This document shows, one piece after another, positions 35,561 through 49,539 of a DNA stretch of 64,000 bases. Made by a program: the position numbers and the translations under genes. This stretch comes from Octopus bimaculoides. Taxonomy: Eukaryota. The first letter of the stretch is position 1, and each line of letters begins with the position of its first letter. Where the stretch lies: NCBI RefSeq assembly GCF_001194135.2, contig NC_068989.1:37587054-37651053 (forward strand). Reading direction: 5' to 3'. The notes beneath the pieces are model-generated. The model was not told the origin of the DNA and made no database searches. It worked only from the letters and a program-made list of their open reading frames with translations.

Positions 35561-37299
35561 ATGTGCGTGTGTGTACAAAAGTAGAAAGACACGTAAACGA
35601 TAACGCCTGTATCTATACGAAAAATTGTGTTAAACTGTATACGCAACTTCTCATGTAAATACTTTCTTGACGCCTGTTTTCGTTTGTCTGTCTTTTTACT
35701 TCTATACCCGTTCGATTTCAATTGTTCTCTAGGCTGACTTTTTTTTATCTCTCGACTACTTCACTCCGATGCAGATGGAATTTAAGATTCTGATCTCTCT
35801 GAGTACTACTTGGTGACTATTTACACCACACTTAAACTAGCGTGTTATCACCATTTGTTTATTTGTATATACATATATGCATGCAAAAAAAAAAGGGGCT
35901 TCCATTGAGTTCCCGTCTACCAACTTCCCTCACAAGTTATTGGTTGGCTTGGGGATATACTAAAAGGGTGTCGTGAAATGAAACAAACCAGAAATCACGT
36001 AGTTTGTGGTTGCGAACCATGCGGTTCTCCAGAATATTTGTAGGTGCAATGGTTAAAGCAAATTAACGATCAATAAGCCATGTATATTTGTATGTATGTG
36101 CGTATATGCCTGCTTGCATGTGTATGTTCGTGATGGCGGTAGTGGCGATGGTGGTGTCGGTGGTGGTGGCGGTGGTGGTGCGTGTGTGTGTGTGCGTGTG
36201 TTTGTGCGTATACACTTATTCACGATTCACCTTCCTGTCGGATATGTCGCTTATTTGATCGGACATTTCACTAGTAACGAGTAAAAGAGAAAAGATAAAA
36301 AGTCTTATTTTATTTTATCAAAACTGGCTGTTATCTTCTTCCGACTGTTCATTCTTCCATTAAGTCAGAGATATTTTGCAGACATTTCTATTCCTTACTT
36401 CGGGTCTTATTTGGAATGTGTGTGCTATGAAATTGCTCACATTTTCTAGAACCCCAAGGTCAGCCATAATCGATTCCAATTAGATCGGTTCACATTTCTC
36501 AGAACAATCCTGATCTACTTAAATGCATATCTCTCTTCACCGCTTACATTTAATATTTTCATGACTAAGCAAAACTGGCTATTTATTTCCGATTGTTGTT
36601 TTCTTATTAAAAAAAAAAATATACTAATTTTTTGTACCGACCCGATATTCTACTTCTACTTGGTGGGTCTCCCATGGATACGTTAGCATTCACAGCAAAA
36701 TCTTAACGTTCACTGAGGAGATCGAATAAAATCGGAACATGTCCGGAATTGTTTCTACAACCCGCAAAAAATAATTAAAAGGATATAAACCATAAACTTC
36801 ATTAGTATTTCTTATTTGGGTTTTAATGTCTACAGCATTCAATTAGCCTACAATGACGTGACTATTCTAGAACTGTGGCGTGGCTAAATGATCGAAATTC
36901 TAGGTCTATAGAACGCTCTAGCATTTACTACTGTAAGAAATGACGCTTGCATATGGCAACAAACATCATTTTGAATAGGATGTTAAAAATATGGAATAAC
37001 ATCCATTAGAAAAATATATAATTGATTTTTAGATTTGGCACGTTATTATACATTATCTGTTGGGGCACAAACAGTCGAATAGTTAGACTCCGTCAGTGAT
37101 AATTAATTTATCAAATAAGATATGATTATTTTATCATCTCTGAGATTTGGACAGGTGGGTGTTGAACTCACAACTTAAAGAGATGTGACTAAACATCACA
37201 AAAACCTTTTAGTCTGATACTGCAATCTATCTAGACTCAAGGCTACAAATTTATGGAAGAGTTTAGGCCTGTCATGAGCATATAATGACTACTTAGGCC

Positions 37300-37510
37300 A
37301 TAATTTATCTGGGTTCCATGACGTACAAGTTACTGAAAGCACAATAGTTTTCTTTGAATGGGACCCCATTCTGTTAAGGAGTTAACCCCAGAAGTTACTG
37401 GTATTCTCAAGAGAGTAGAGTGGAGCAACGTGAAACGAAGTGCTTTGCTCATGAAAACAACATGCCTCCTCGGATGAGAATCGAAATTACGACCCTACGG
37501 TCAAGAGTCC
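37300..37510 (-). mobile_element. Family-C SINE fragment; a related plus-strand piece lies at ~48890-48965
   Basis: GGAGCAACGTGAAACGAAGTGCTTTGCTCA..AACATGCC..GAGAATCGAAATTACGACC here, against GCATTGTGTCCTTGAGCAAGATAC..TTTCGTG at 48.9 kb. Confidence 0.65.
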
Positions 37511-37649
37511 GGGATGAAATACATGTAAAAGAGATCTGATTCCTGATTTCTGTGTTGTTGCTTAGCTCCTGTTTGATCGTTATTGATGAGGCATTTGACC
37601 AAAGTGTCCCATCTGTGATCATGCGTTTAATATCTAAGACTACATTTAA

Positions 37650-38083
37650 GGCGGCGAGCTGGCAGAATTGTTAGCACTCTCGCGAAATGCTTAGTAGCAT
37701 TTTACGCTCTGAGTTCAAATTTCCACCGAGGTCGACTTTACTTTTCATCCTTTTGGGGTCGATAAAATAAGTACCATTTGAGTTCTGGGATCAATGTAAT
37801 CGACTTACACTCTCCACTAAAATTGCTGGTTTTCTGCTAAAATTTGAAATCCTTATTTAAGAGTACATTTAAAGTGCTGTGTTGGCAGAGTAGTTAGTAC
37901 ACAAGGCAAAATGCATAGCGGCGTTTCGTCCAACTTTACGTTCTGAGCTCAAATTTTACTAGGCTCGACTTTCATCCCTTCATGATCAATAAAATGAGTA
38001 CCAGTTAAACGCTAGGGTCAATGGATGTAATCGACTTACCCCCTCCCACAAAATTGCTGGCCTAATGCCAAAATTTTAAACTG
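37650..38083 (+). mobile_element. Two tandem family-A SINEs bounded by three copies of an 18-bp target sequence
   Basis: ATATCTAAGACTACATTT occurs at 37630-37647 and 38084-38101, with a 15/18 variant at 37853-37870. Confidence 0.88.
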
Positions 38084-39426
38084 ATATCTAAGACTACATT
38101 TTACAATTTGTCCTAATTTTAAAAAAGGTGTGTGTACTGTAAGAAACATTTGACTGCTATTTCTATTTTTTGTAGGCTGAAAGACTGTGTAGTGGGCTCC
38201 CTCATTTGCTCGTTAAGGTTGAGTAACTAATATGAGGCGCTAATTTATCGGTACGATCACATTATCTTGCACGAGAAAATCTTAAATGGAGGGAAGCGAT
38301 ATGCTAAGGTGAACAGTAGACAAAACTGAAAAAAAAAAAAAGCAGTACAGTTCTCGTTGCTAAATTTCTCTTAACACCAGTTGACTCATCAGGTTATATT
38401 CAAGTGTTCTCACTTCGCTGTTTGTCAAAATACTGTTATCATTTCTATCTCACTTTCTTAGATGGTGGTAATGGAAGATATATATGTTTTGTTTTAAATA
38501 TTTGCGATGTCCTAGTGTATCCTTTATCTTCTACATACTGACGTTATTTCCTTCAGATCTAGATACTTTAGATACATTAGTGTCTTACATGTGTGTCTTT
38601 ATGCGTATGCATCCGTAGGTGTCTGTGTTGTGTGTGTGGGGTGGGTGGGAATGCGGAGACAGAAAGATATATAGAGGAAAAAAAGCTTTGATACCTTCGT
38701 TTGATATCCCCACGATATCTGTTGATCGTCATAGCAATAGAATGTAAACAAGATTTCACATCAGAGTATGTCAGTTTGTAAATATTCCCTTCCTACGTTT
38801 TCAATCAATGTCAATGTTATCTCGGTAAGAATCTAATCAATTCCTTCTTAAGAGTTCTCTTACAAAACAAGGATTAAGTTGGAACAATTATTACAAAGAA
38901 GAAAGTATTTTCAGTGAAGTTTACTTAAAAACATTTTTAAAGTGGATTTTTCTCATTGCTTCCACTTCTCTTTTGTGTTCAGTTATTACTTGGTGTTGTG
39001 TATTGTCTTGTTGTTGTTGCTGTTGGTCGTGTGAATTGCTATTAGTAAGTAGTATATATTTTATGTACGACACGAGCTGAAACAATTTTAAGTGTTTCAT
39101 ATATATATATATATATANNNNNNNNNNNNNNNNNNNNNNNNNNNNNNNNNNNNNNNNNNNNNNNNNNNNNNNNNNNNNNNNNNNNNNNNNNNNNNNNNNN
39201 NNNNNNNNNNNNNNNNNNNNNNNNNNNNNNNNNNNNNNNNNNNNNNNNNNNNNNNNNNNNNNNNNNNNNNNNNNNNNNNNNNNNNNNNNNNNNNNNNNNN
39301 NNNNNNNNNNNNNNNNNNNNNNNNNNNNNNNNNNNNNNNNNNNNNNNNNNNNNNNNNNNNNNNNNNNNNNNNNNNNNNNNNNNNNNNNNNNNNNNNNNNN
39401 NNNNNNNNNNNNNNNNNNNNNNNNNN

Positions 39427-39605
39427 ATATATATATATATGCATGTGTGTATGTATGTATGTATGTATGTATGTATGTATGTATGTATGCATGCATGTGT
39501 GTATGTATGTATGTATGTATGTATGTATGTATGTATGTATGCATGTATGAAGATGTGCTCCAGCATGGCCGCAGTCAAATGACTGAAACAAGTAAAAGAG
39601 TATGT
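39427..39605 (+). repeat. (TA)n/(TGTA)n tract and the tip of a family-D SINE tail, next to gap 39118-39426
   Basis: Read directly; the SINE tip is GCTCCAGCATGGCCGCAGTCAAATGACTGAAACAAGTAAAAG. Confidence 0.85.
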
Positions 39606-40020
39606 CGTCAGGATGACTGACAATAGAAGTCCAAAAGTTCTTATGTAACAACTCCATAATGGCAGGAGAAGCATAGAAACGGCTACGGATGTGGTTATGA
39701 GGACAAACTCAAAATTTAGCTGAAAGTGAGAAAGATTTCTCCAAAAAAATGTGAAAATACTGCATTGCATTGCAGTGACAGGAGGTTAAAAATAAGTTAT
39801 GAATTAAGCCGTCTGGATCATCTTAAAGAACTAAAAGCGAAGGCAATGTCTTGAACTAACAAGCCAGCCGATTTGTATAACAATCCTTTTCTCCAGTCTG
39901 TAGACTTGTCTGTAAATCGTTGGCGGGATTAATGTTTCATAAGATATAAAAACAAAAGAATAAAATGTTAGAGCCTCATACGTCGAAATCAACGGGAAAA
40001 TCCCTTATTACTATCATTAT

Positions 40021-40578
40021 TGAGTGAGAGAGTAGTACGTGCCATCAAAGTGACACGGGGATACAAATATACGAAGCCCAAAATACCCAACATCACTACT
40101 CATATGATTAGAGTACACCAGACACATGCATCTCAATCATATGTGCGCTGCATGATGATCTCATATCAAGAAAAACAGCGCATGACATTGCAGGTGGGAC
40201 CCAGTTAGAATTTTTTTCAGGTTGAGTAGCGCATCCCACTCAAAAGGCCCCTGGATAAGGGTTGCTTAAGAAGGTTGAACGAAACATTCATGTTTCCAAA
40301 GGTGAATTATTCAAACACCAAAGAATTCCTCTCAGTACATGGCTGTGATGCTCCCCCACTACTTCTGCTCGTGATCAGAAATGCAAATATTGTCAGCCAC
40401 TAAGGGACAAGCTCAACTGGTTATGGTCAAACAACTGACAAGCAAATCTGTGGTATTGAGCAGAATATTTGCTGTAGCCCATCATCTATATCAAGACAAA
40501 ACACTGTACATGATAACACTTCCAATCAGTTAAGATCAGAAACCATTAGAGTCACTGCTTGGTACTGCATCAGGGCAT
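40021..40578 (-). mobile_element. ~550-bp TAA-associated element, copy 2
   Basis: Colinear with 31935-32486, with short ATT repeats at both ends. Confidence 0.85.
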
Positions 40579-40619
40579 ATTATTAGTGGAGGGAAAGTGC
40601 AACAACATTCTCGGGGAAA

Positions 40620-40835
40620 CTCTTGGCGTCGATGAAGATCAACTAACCGGTCTGTTTCGGAGAACTTTCGGGCCTGGGCCTATGGATAACTTCCAGAAAT
40701 CCCTTGCCTAGCAGTGCTACCGAGGGGCGCTGCCTGTTCGAGATAAACTTTACAGGCACGGAAGTGCTGTCAGCCGAGCCTGCCCGAGGTACGCCCAGAA
40801 CGATGAAACCGTTCTGCAAACCCTAGTCCAATCCT
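40620..40835 (+). pseudogene. L1/Tx1 C-terminal zf-RVT-like fragment
   Basis: LFRRTFGPGPMDNFQKSLA*QCYRGALPVRDKLYRHGSAVSRACPRYAQNDETV. Confidence 0.7.
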
Positions 40836-40929
40836 GAATATTGCTGACTTGTGGGTTTATGTCGAACACCTACTGTCGCATGTAGGACGGATCCGGCTCT
40901 CAGCTAAATCCATTATAAAGATTGCTCAG

Positions 40930-41560
40930 CCGCCCTCTTTTATGCTCACTGTTCCCAGGGCTCCGACAATTATTGGTACTACTACCACCTTTTTCATCGA
41001 CCACAACTGCTTCACCCCCCCCCCCAAGCTAACCTGTCATATCTATCGACTTTTATTTCTTCCTTATCGCATACCTTGTTGTTAGCTATATCTATGATCC
41101 AACATCGTTTCATTTATTTCTCAATTAACACTATCACGATTTGTATATTTCCCACTTCAGTTCATCATAGTTGTTAACTTTTTCTTTCTCTTCAATCCTG
41201 TTGTCATCAGGACATGTTATGTCAATTATCAGGCATGTTTTTCTTTTTCGTTTCTGTTCATCAGAACGTTGTCAGTTTCCGATGTTTCATCTCATGGTCA
41301 CACTGAATCATTGCAATCTTAATTTTCGGTAACTCTTTCTGCGATTTGGTCATACAACGTCTTTGATCTTTCTAGACCATAACCTCCACAGAGCTCCCAA
41401 TGGATCATTATTGTCACATGCTTATGTTACCTTTTGTATTCGCGTTGTACCAATTTCGCGCATTCACTAACAATGTGCCACACTGTTTTCCCATTCTCTC
41501 CACGCATTCTGCATTTGTCACTCTCCGTTGTTTTATCAACTCTCCACTTCACATTGTTTG
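40930..41560 (-). mobile_element. Composite of two R4/Dong C-terminal fragments, joined at ~41137
   Basis: KCRMRGENGKTVWHIVSECAKLVQREYK..IHWELC..CLIIDITCPDDNRIEEKEKVNNYDELKWEI, then IVLIEK..CWIIDI..VKQLWSMKKVVVVPIIVGALGTVS. Confidence 0.8.
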
Positions 41561-43714
41561 TCCTCTGCTACTGCTGCTGCTGCTGCTGCTGTCGCCGCAA
41601 ACGCCGGCGCCGCCACCACCACCACCACCACTACCATCACCACCACCATCACCACCACNNNNNNNNNNNNNNNNNNNNNNNNNNNNNNNNNNNNNNNNNN
41701 NNNNNNNNNNNNNNNNNNNNNNNNNNNNNNNNNNNNNNNNNNNNNNNNNNNNNNNNNNNNNNNNNNNNNNNNNNNTACTACTACTACTATGTTTTTGACT
41801 CGATCGGTTAATGTATCGACCTTTAAAATTGTCCTTCGTTTTCTAAAGAGAAAGAATAGAGAGACTGACTCCAGAGGGATTTCAATACCTTAGAAACATT
41901 GAAAATGAGAACAGTCTGACGATAGTTGTTTGGGACAGTGGGTTCACCTTTCGTTGGAATGGGACAAACTGGAGCTTACTTCCAAATATTAGGGTATATC
42001 CTTGTAGAAAATGAAAAATTAAAGAGTTTGTTGAGTAAAGAGACAAGCTGTGAGGCACAATGAATGAAATAACAAAAATGATCGTCTGAGAGCTAAGTAT
42101 CACAGAGTGTACCTTAATGAATCGATGATTACAAATATGAGTGAAAACCTTAATCAAGGCAGTTTGATAGACAATAATCTACTGTAGTAACTGTACAAAA
42201 AAGGTAAAGGTGAAACACAGTCCATTGCTGTAATAACCAGAACGAGAGCGTATTGATTTTGGAGAAATTTTACCGATTAAAAAAATGAGCAGTTGTATTG
42301 ATTGAATATACCTTGGTGTGTTACAAGTACTCGGTATGTTTACCATAACGGAGTTTAAATTCAAGACAGCGAGACATTATACTAGAGAGATACTGTGTAT
42401 TATTCTAGAGAGACAAGTGAAGGGAAATTATTACCATAAATTATTTAGGTTGTCTTATTTCTGCAAAACGTACAACCACACAAATACGAAAGAGCTGCCT
42501 GAGAGAGATGACGTAGCAAAGACAGTATCAAGATATATGAACAGATGCATCGAACATGTTGCAGTAAGCATTGACGATTCAATGTGTTTGAAATAAACGG
42601 TTGAAGTTGGTTGGATTTTTTAAAAGATTAAGCTTATTGGCGGATCATGAAATTTGCAGACAATTTAAATAAAGTCTTAAAGAAAATACAGATAAGAAAA
42701 TACATGTCTGTATTCTACGAGAGAGACAGGAAAATTAAAAATGCAGTTTAGTGAATACATCAAAGAAAAAAGAAAAAGGAATATTTTAAACAAGCACGTG
42801 ATAATGTTGAAGTTCAAAGAAGTTTGGGAACCTTGAAAGATGGTGTTGGAGATTCAATTCATGCTGATGATTGCACAAATTATAAGGCAATAAATTGTCA
42901 TTTGTATCAGCCAGAGAAATCTATACCTTGAGCTGCGTATCACATTGAGACATCATCTGAGAGATTGATGGTCGTGGCTAACACTAACAGCTAACTCTTA
43001 TAAAATGTAAGTTACATTCTATATATATACATATATCTTCATATAGAATATCTGTTACATTCCATATTCTAGATTTATGAATAAAGACATTCCAGCGATG
43101 GCCATTCCAGTTTTTGATGCATTCTGTACCCCGGCTACACACTATCAAATATTCCTTATTTAGACAGTGGATTGTGATTTGGATAGTTATGTTATCAGTA
43201 AATCAGCAAACATTGTATGTTTCTTCTTGTGAAGGGTGGAATTCGAAGCTGAATTACTAAGTTCAATCGTAATAATAATTTTTGATATTGATACAAAGTC
43301 ATCAAGTTGGGGCTTTTAATTTAATGTCTCTGTTAAACTATAGCCCCACGTTTTTTCCATGTTCACAAAGCTAGACATTGTGCTTGGCTCTGATTTTTGT
43401 TTTTATTCTCTAACAAAAGTTTACTACTGAAATACCACAAAACATTCATCTGATTATATAAATAGAAGTGTTAAACTCTACAGAACACCCATCTGACGAA
43501 TCTTCCTTGTATTGTAAAAGGTTCGTAGTCTTGTCTTGTAACTTAGGGTTTTCGATAAAAACGAATGCGCGCAGTATTTGGTCACACAGACATCACTGCT
43601 CAATACATGTACAGCACTTGTATTCTGTTAATCACACAGGTGTATCAATTACTAAAGAAGGCAACAAATTGCATTAAACTGCTAGAAGTAGCTGCCAATG
43701 TACCTTCAGGAAAG

Positions 43715-43755
<41 letters not shown>

Positions 43756-44049
43756 ACCACGACACGTTATACTTTGAACAAACACATATTGATCGCTACT
43801 GGAAAGTTTTCGGTTATAGATTTACCCGAATTTACCCAATCGAGTCTAACTAGGGGGTTAAACAAAAAACAAAACAAAACAACAAAAACAATAAAAGCAG
43901 GGTTAGTATCGATGATGCCATAAGGAAGAAGTTAGAAGTTCCAGCATAATTCACGTGGTGGGGAATAGGGTGAGGAGTAAGGTGTTGTCGACAGGAGCAG
44001 CAACAATGATATTGTTGAGGCGAGAAATAATACCTTGAATATCGTTGCT

Positions 44050-44390
44050 GTTGATGACGACGACGAGGAGGATGATGATGATGGTGGTGGTGGTGGTGGT
44101 TGTTATATCAGTGGTGGCAAGTGGCAATGATGATGATGATGGTGTTGGTGGTAGTGATGATGATGATGATGATGATGAGGAGGAGGAGGAGGAGGAGGAG
44201 GAGGAGGAATGAATATTATTGCTTAAACTGATTCTTGATACTGATAAATGCAATTGTTTAAGAATCAAGAACAACAGCTCGCGCCCGCATACACACACAC
44301 AATGCACACACGCACACACACACACGCACACATACATACACACACACTCACATACACACACACGCACACACAAAGCACACGCGTATATAA
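44050..44390. repeat. Compound (GAT/GGT/GAG)n tract and degenerate (CA)n
   Basis: Read directly from the sequence. Confidence 0.92.
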
Positions 44391-46249
44391 ACAATGCACC
44401 AAAATTCGATACATATTGATTTGTCTTGTTGCAATATCAGTGAAGATTAGAATCGATACGAGGAATTAGCTAAAGATGTGTTTTAGTTTTCTTTGAAAAT
44501 GCAATTCTGTAACGTTTTGGTAAGTTAATGCTGAAGTTGTTTCTATGACAACATAACCCTTATCCTCAGTTATATTTCGATTCAAGGTTAAACCATGTCT
44601 ATTTCTAACGTAAATAGTCTCCCTTCTCCATGTTCTTGGTGTTATTTAAACATCATTATTTATATGATACATATTTTGTTGGCAAGTCAGCTCTGATCGA
44701 GCAGACTTAATCAAAGCCATTCCGGCCATAACTTTATCATAATTTTTGTTTAAATCTATCACTACATTGCCCAGTGTATCCTTCGTTTTCCCTCTTTTCT
44801 TTTTCATGTCTTTAAGGCAAGTAGCATGTGATTTAAGGGAAATTTGGTTGCAATTTCTTACCAAGGTGACTACCACACGGACATTCTCTTCGATTCTACA
44901 TTACCCGATTGTTTCTAATTTGTATAAACACAAATGTATTTGAAGTGAAACAGCTCAAGCCTTCACTTGATAATACTCTAAACCACGCGGGCGTCTTAAT
45001 ATAGACAATATGATTTCCAGTTCCTGTGTTGTTGTTGGTCATTTCTAAGCGGGACCTGATTAAGTAGGCCAATACTCAAAGGTAATCGAGCAATGCCCAT
45101 GCATTCTGCTTTTCTTCATCTAGAATACTGTACTCCTCACTGCAATATTCACTACGTCCTTACGTTTTTATTACAGCAGGATGTAGTCTGAGGGAGATTT
45201 GATTGTTATTTCTAACAAGTCAAGAGTAGTAGATTGGCAGAATCGTTAGAGAGTTGGACGTTTACATTTTGTCAGTTTACATTTTATCCGTTCGCAGGTG
45301 ATAATAAAAGACCAGTCAAATACGGAGGTGCAACTTAATCGGCTAACCTTCACTTCTCAAATTCCTCCCGTTAGGCTGATGTTAAGGACAGCTATTTTTA
45401 GAGGGTCGAGTGACCATATAGAGAATTGCCATTGACTCGTTTGGAACTTGATATTTTTTTTTAGACAGTGTTCGATTTATTATCTTAATTATCTCACCAC
45501 AAATCCCCGAATAGTAAAAATTACTTTTCATCACTCTATATTCTACAATATTAATTTCTAATAAAGGCACACAATACATTCAGTGGGAGAGGCGAATATA
45601 ATCAATTTGATTATATTGATACTTATTCTACTGACTTCAGGAAGAAAGACAAAACGAATCCTGGCGATTTTGAATTCGGGACAGAAATAAATACCACGAG
45701 GTATTATTCTGTCCGACGCTTTACCGATTTTGCCTTCAATGCTATCTGGGATTCAATGATATCGATTTCCATCATTGGCTCAAGGCCACACATTTTAGAA
45801 ACGAGTGTAGTCGATAAAATGTACTTGACTGGTACCATAAAGGGCCGTAACTAAGTATCAAATGGCGTTTTTCCTCGATATTCTAACTACTCTGTCAGTC
45901 CACCGGCCTAAGGCGTCGATAACATTAGCGTCAGTTATATACTAAAAGCTAATTTAAATGCATAAAAAATAAATCGATATCTCAAAATATGGTTTAGGCA
46001 GCGAGGCGATAAGATAATAGTAAGTCGATTCCACAAACATTGTTATTGTTTTTCGGCCCTTGGTCGTTTCTGATTAAGTGGAACCATGATCAAAAGCGTT
46101 CCGCAATAACAATCGCATCATTTCTGTTTTTTCGTTTCTTCGGGTGTCGTATATCTAATATTGTTTGTAAAACAGGCACAACGCCAGGAATATTAATAGG
46201 AGGGATTAGTAGATTACATCGGCTCCAATACTTGACTAGTATAAAGTGG

Positions 46250-46760
46250 CAACCTGGCAGGATCGGCAGCACACCGAGCAAAATGCCTAGAGGCACTTCA
46301 TCCGTCTTCACGTCCTGAGTTTAAGTTCCGCCGAGGTCGACTTTGCCTTTTACCGTTCAGAGTCGATAAAATAAGTACCAACCGAATACAGGGTCGGTAT
46401 AACCGACTAATTCCCACCTCCAAAATTGCTGGTCTTGTGCCAGTGTTTGAAACCAATATTTGACTGGTATATTATTTTATCGACTTCAAAGGATGGAAGG
46501 TAAGGTATTTTGCCCGTCGTGTTTCATTTATTTGATATTGCATTACACATAAGGTGACGAACTAGCAGGTGCATTAGCATGCCGGGCAAAATGCTTAGCG
46601 GATTTTCATCCGTCTTTATGTTCTGAGTTCAAATTCCATCCAGGTCGACTTTGCCGTTCATTCTCTCGGAGTCGATAAAATAAGTACCAGTTGAGCATTT
46701 AGGTCAGTGTCATCGACTTACCGCTTCCCCCTAAAGTTGCTGATCTTTTGGCAAAATCAA
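46250..46760 (+). mobile_element. Two family-A SINEs (~46250-46460 and ~46555-46760); more eroded copies lie at 45.2-46.2 kb
   Basis: Both copies have the core GAGTT(T/C)AA..CCG..GGTCGACTTTGCC..GTCGATAAAATAAGTACCA. Confidence 0.85.
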
Positions 46761-47789
46761 TATTATGTTATGAAATATAATCTTATAATATGTTATTTTA
46801 AGACCTTTGAGTATGACATATGAGTAATGTGGCTTACGCTTTTTTGGCAAGTGACGCTACGGCACAGAGCTTCCCTTGACGACTTTGTTGCTGTGAGTGA
46901 TAGTTGTGACCAAAAGTATTTCAGCAGTGTACTTCCTGTCATTTTCCGAAGCACAGTGTACCTAAGGTTACATAATTTAGTGTTTACTTCTTTTCAAAAG
47001 CATCAGAGTGTATTCTGAAGGAGATTGGACTAGTATTTTTAGCAGGAGTCCAAGTGATTCTCTGAAGGCTCTTCTGATTTCGATTTTTCGTTACAATCAT
47101 TTTTCCTTAAGTTTTTAGAAAGTCCTTAATCAGAAGTCCTATACTGTGTAATCTGTCTTTTCATATATTTTAATTGCTGGAACATTTCCAAACTTTTATA
47201 TTCTGATAGAATAAATGACTTATATATTTAAACGTGTTTATCAAAAGTAAGCTTAAAGCGGTAGGGGCGAGTCTGAGACAGAGTCTTCTTCCTACCATTT
47301 CACTTCATGAAGAAGTTTATGTTCATAAGCAAAGCATGAATACATCAACGTACCGCTCCAGCACAGCTAAAATTATATTGTTTCTCAATCTCTATGCAGT
47401 CAAATCTCTCTCAAAACGCACCCTACAATCTCAGAAATTGATACATTGGATTATGTAGTACAAAATCACTGGGGCTGGGGAAAAGAAAGCATGGTCACTG
47501 ATAGAGCATCTTTGATTATAGGTTTGTCCATTCTGTACTGAAATGAAGTTAAGTAACAACATTATAGGTACTAGCCCCTCTAAACTGTGCATGCGTGCGT
47601 GCGTGCGCATACATTTGGCAACGTGTTCAGCAAAGCGATTAATGTAAGCACAAAAAATTAACGCATACACTAGAGTTCAACCAATGTTATAACTATCAAC
47701 TTAGAATTATTATACATTTAGTTTCACGCACTTTCGTCACAGATAAAACTGTACTACATTAGATTTCAACGTAAGCTAACTTCTAAAAT

Positions 47790-48460
47790 TTCAGAGTAGT
47801 ACTTGTTTTGCAGGTGGCTCGATCTGGAACTGCAGCAATTAGATTGTGTAAGAACCATTTAATAACACCTAAAACTGTTAGATTCAAACTGAATTTAAAT
47901 TCAATAAGAAGCAAGCGAAATAAAATATGTACGGTTGTGCTAACAGAAAAAAAAAAGGCCAAGTCAAAATATTGCGTCACGTTGCATAGACTGTTGATTT
48001 CCTTTATTATATTTCAGGAAATCTTCCTTTATCCAAGATAGATTATTTAAAGGGAATATTTTACCGGATATAATAGAAATATTAGATAGTCAACGTTCGT
48101 AGTACAATATCACGTCCTGTCTTATTTATGTTGCCTAACTTCTCACTTGCGTTGCTTAAAAGTCTTTTTATAAGTAATCCATCTACGTACCGCTTCAAGC
48201 AAAGTACAATACTCTTAAATCTAATAAGCAAAAAGCCAAAATTTTCTTCACTCAACAATAATTTGGTCATTGACACTATTCCATTGAAACTGAAAACAGT
48301 TGCAGTGAAATGTCAATGACACCTCAATAAAGAAATTTAGAGTGAGTTTAAAAGCCATTCTAGCTGTTTAACAGCATGTTATTAAATAGTCTGAATAGTT
48401 CTTCCACAATATCATTGCTACTCATAAAAATTATAGAGAATTTATGGAGCTTCTATTTTC
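47790..48460 (-). pseudogene. Decayed Penelope-like RT remnant
   Basis: Minus strand reads FSFNGI, KRYVDGL (degenerate RYVDD), STTVH..LL.FKFS and IKWFLHN..DRATC. Confidence 0.55.
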
Positions 48461-49539
48461 ATAGTTTAAAGAAACCTCCATTGAGATTAAGTAAATTCAG
48501 ATGTGTATCCTGTGTTGTTTACTTTCAGAAAATTTCAGTTAATGTTTTATTTTTAAAACTCATTTTTATATTTTTTATATTTCATATATTTCTTTAGGCT
48601 GACGAGGTTAAAGACTTAAACTTTATTCCAGCATCTATAGCATTGAGACCTTAAGTAACAATGATGATGATCGTTGATGTTTACCCTTAATTCAGCGTTT
48701 ATTAACTAGATTCGTTGTTTTGCTTCGGTAGAAGTAGCAGTGTGGTATTGGTAAATGATTCGTTATTGCGTTGTGCCAATGACGATTCTTTTTCCTATTT
48801 TTTGGTGAACATTACTGACAGTAAAGATATGTCGTCCGATTGGCAGGATGTTGGGCTGATGATCATGGAATAATGGATTTCATTCCTAGACAGAGAGGCG
48901 GCGCATTGTGTCCTTGAGCAAGATACATCATTTCGTGTTTCTTCAGTTTACTCATGTGTACCAACCTAGTTTTGGTGCAGCCTTCACATCTTCGAAACCT
49001 CCAACTTTCACATTTTCGATGTTTCACTGAGTCAAAGATGAGAGAGTATCTCTATCTGTTCGTGACTATAAACTCATCTAACACAATTAGCAAAAGTATG
49101 GTACAAGCTACCAAGTCATAGTCGCTTGCGAGGGATGGCAAGGCTATCTTCTTAAAGTACGCCAGCAATCTGTCTCCTATGACTGTATGTAGAGGATGTA
49201 TGTTCTGTCTTCTTAATGGTAGGGAAGCGGAAAATAAAGCTTCCAAGTCCATGAATCTTCGTCATTGCGAAAAGGAGTCGTTAACCTAAGCAAATTTCAT
49301 TTACATCATAATCCGCTCTATTTCTGCTAGTAAAATCGATCTCTTCACAACATTGACTAGTTTTAGCTACTAACCTGTTTATACATTCTGCAATAAAATT
49401 CAAAGCTCAATTTCCCTGCAACCTTTCTGTCTTTTTACTTCATATCTAAGTATACTGCGTATAAGAGGGGAGTAGTATCCATCGGTGTTTCAGAGTATAA
49501 AGAAAGTTTGTGTCGGAGGAAGACGACGAAAAGCACCTT

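Noticed and set aside
48597-48630. CTGACGAG hammerhead-like start near the second Penelope remnant; also TGATGAG-GAGC..GCTC at ~53947-53982
   Set aside because: Neither has a GAAA core after the putative stem II.
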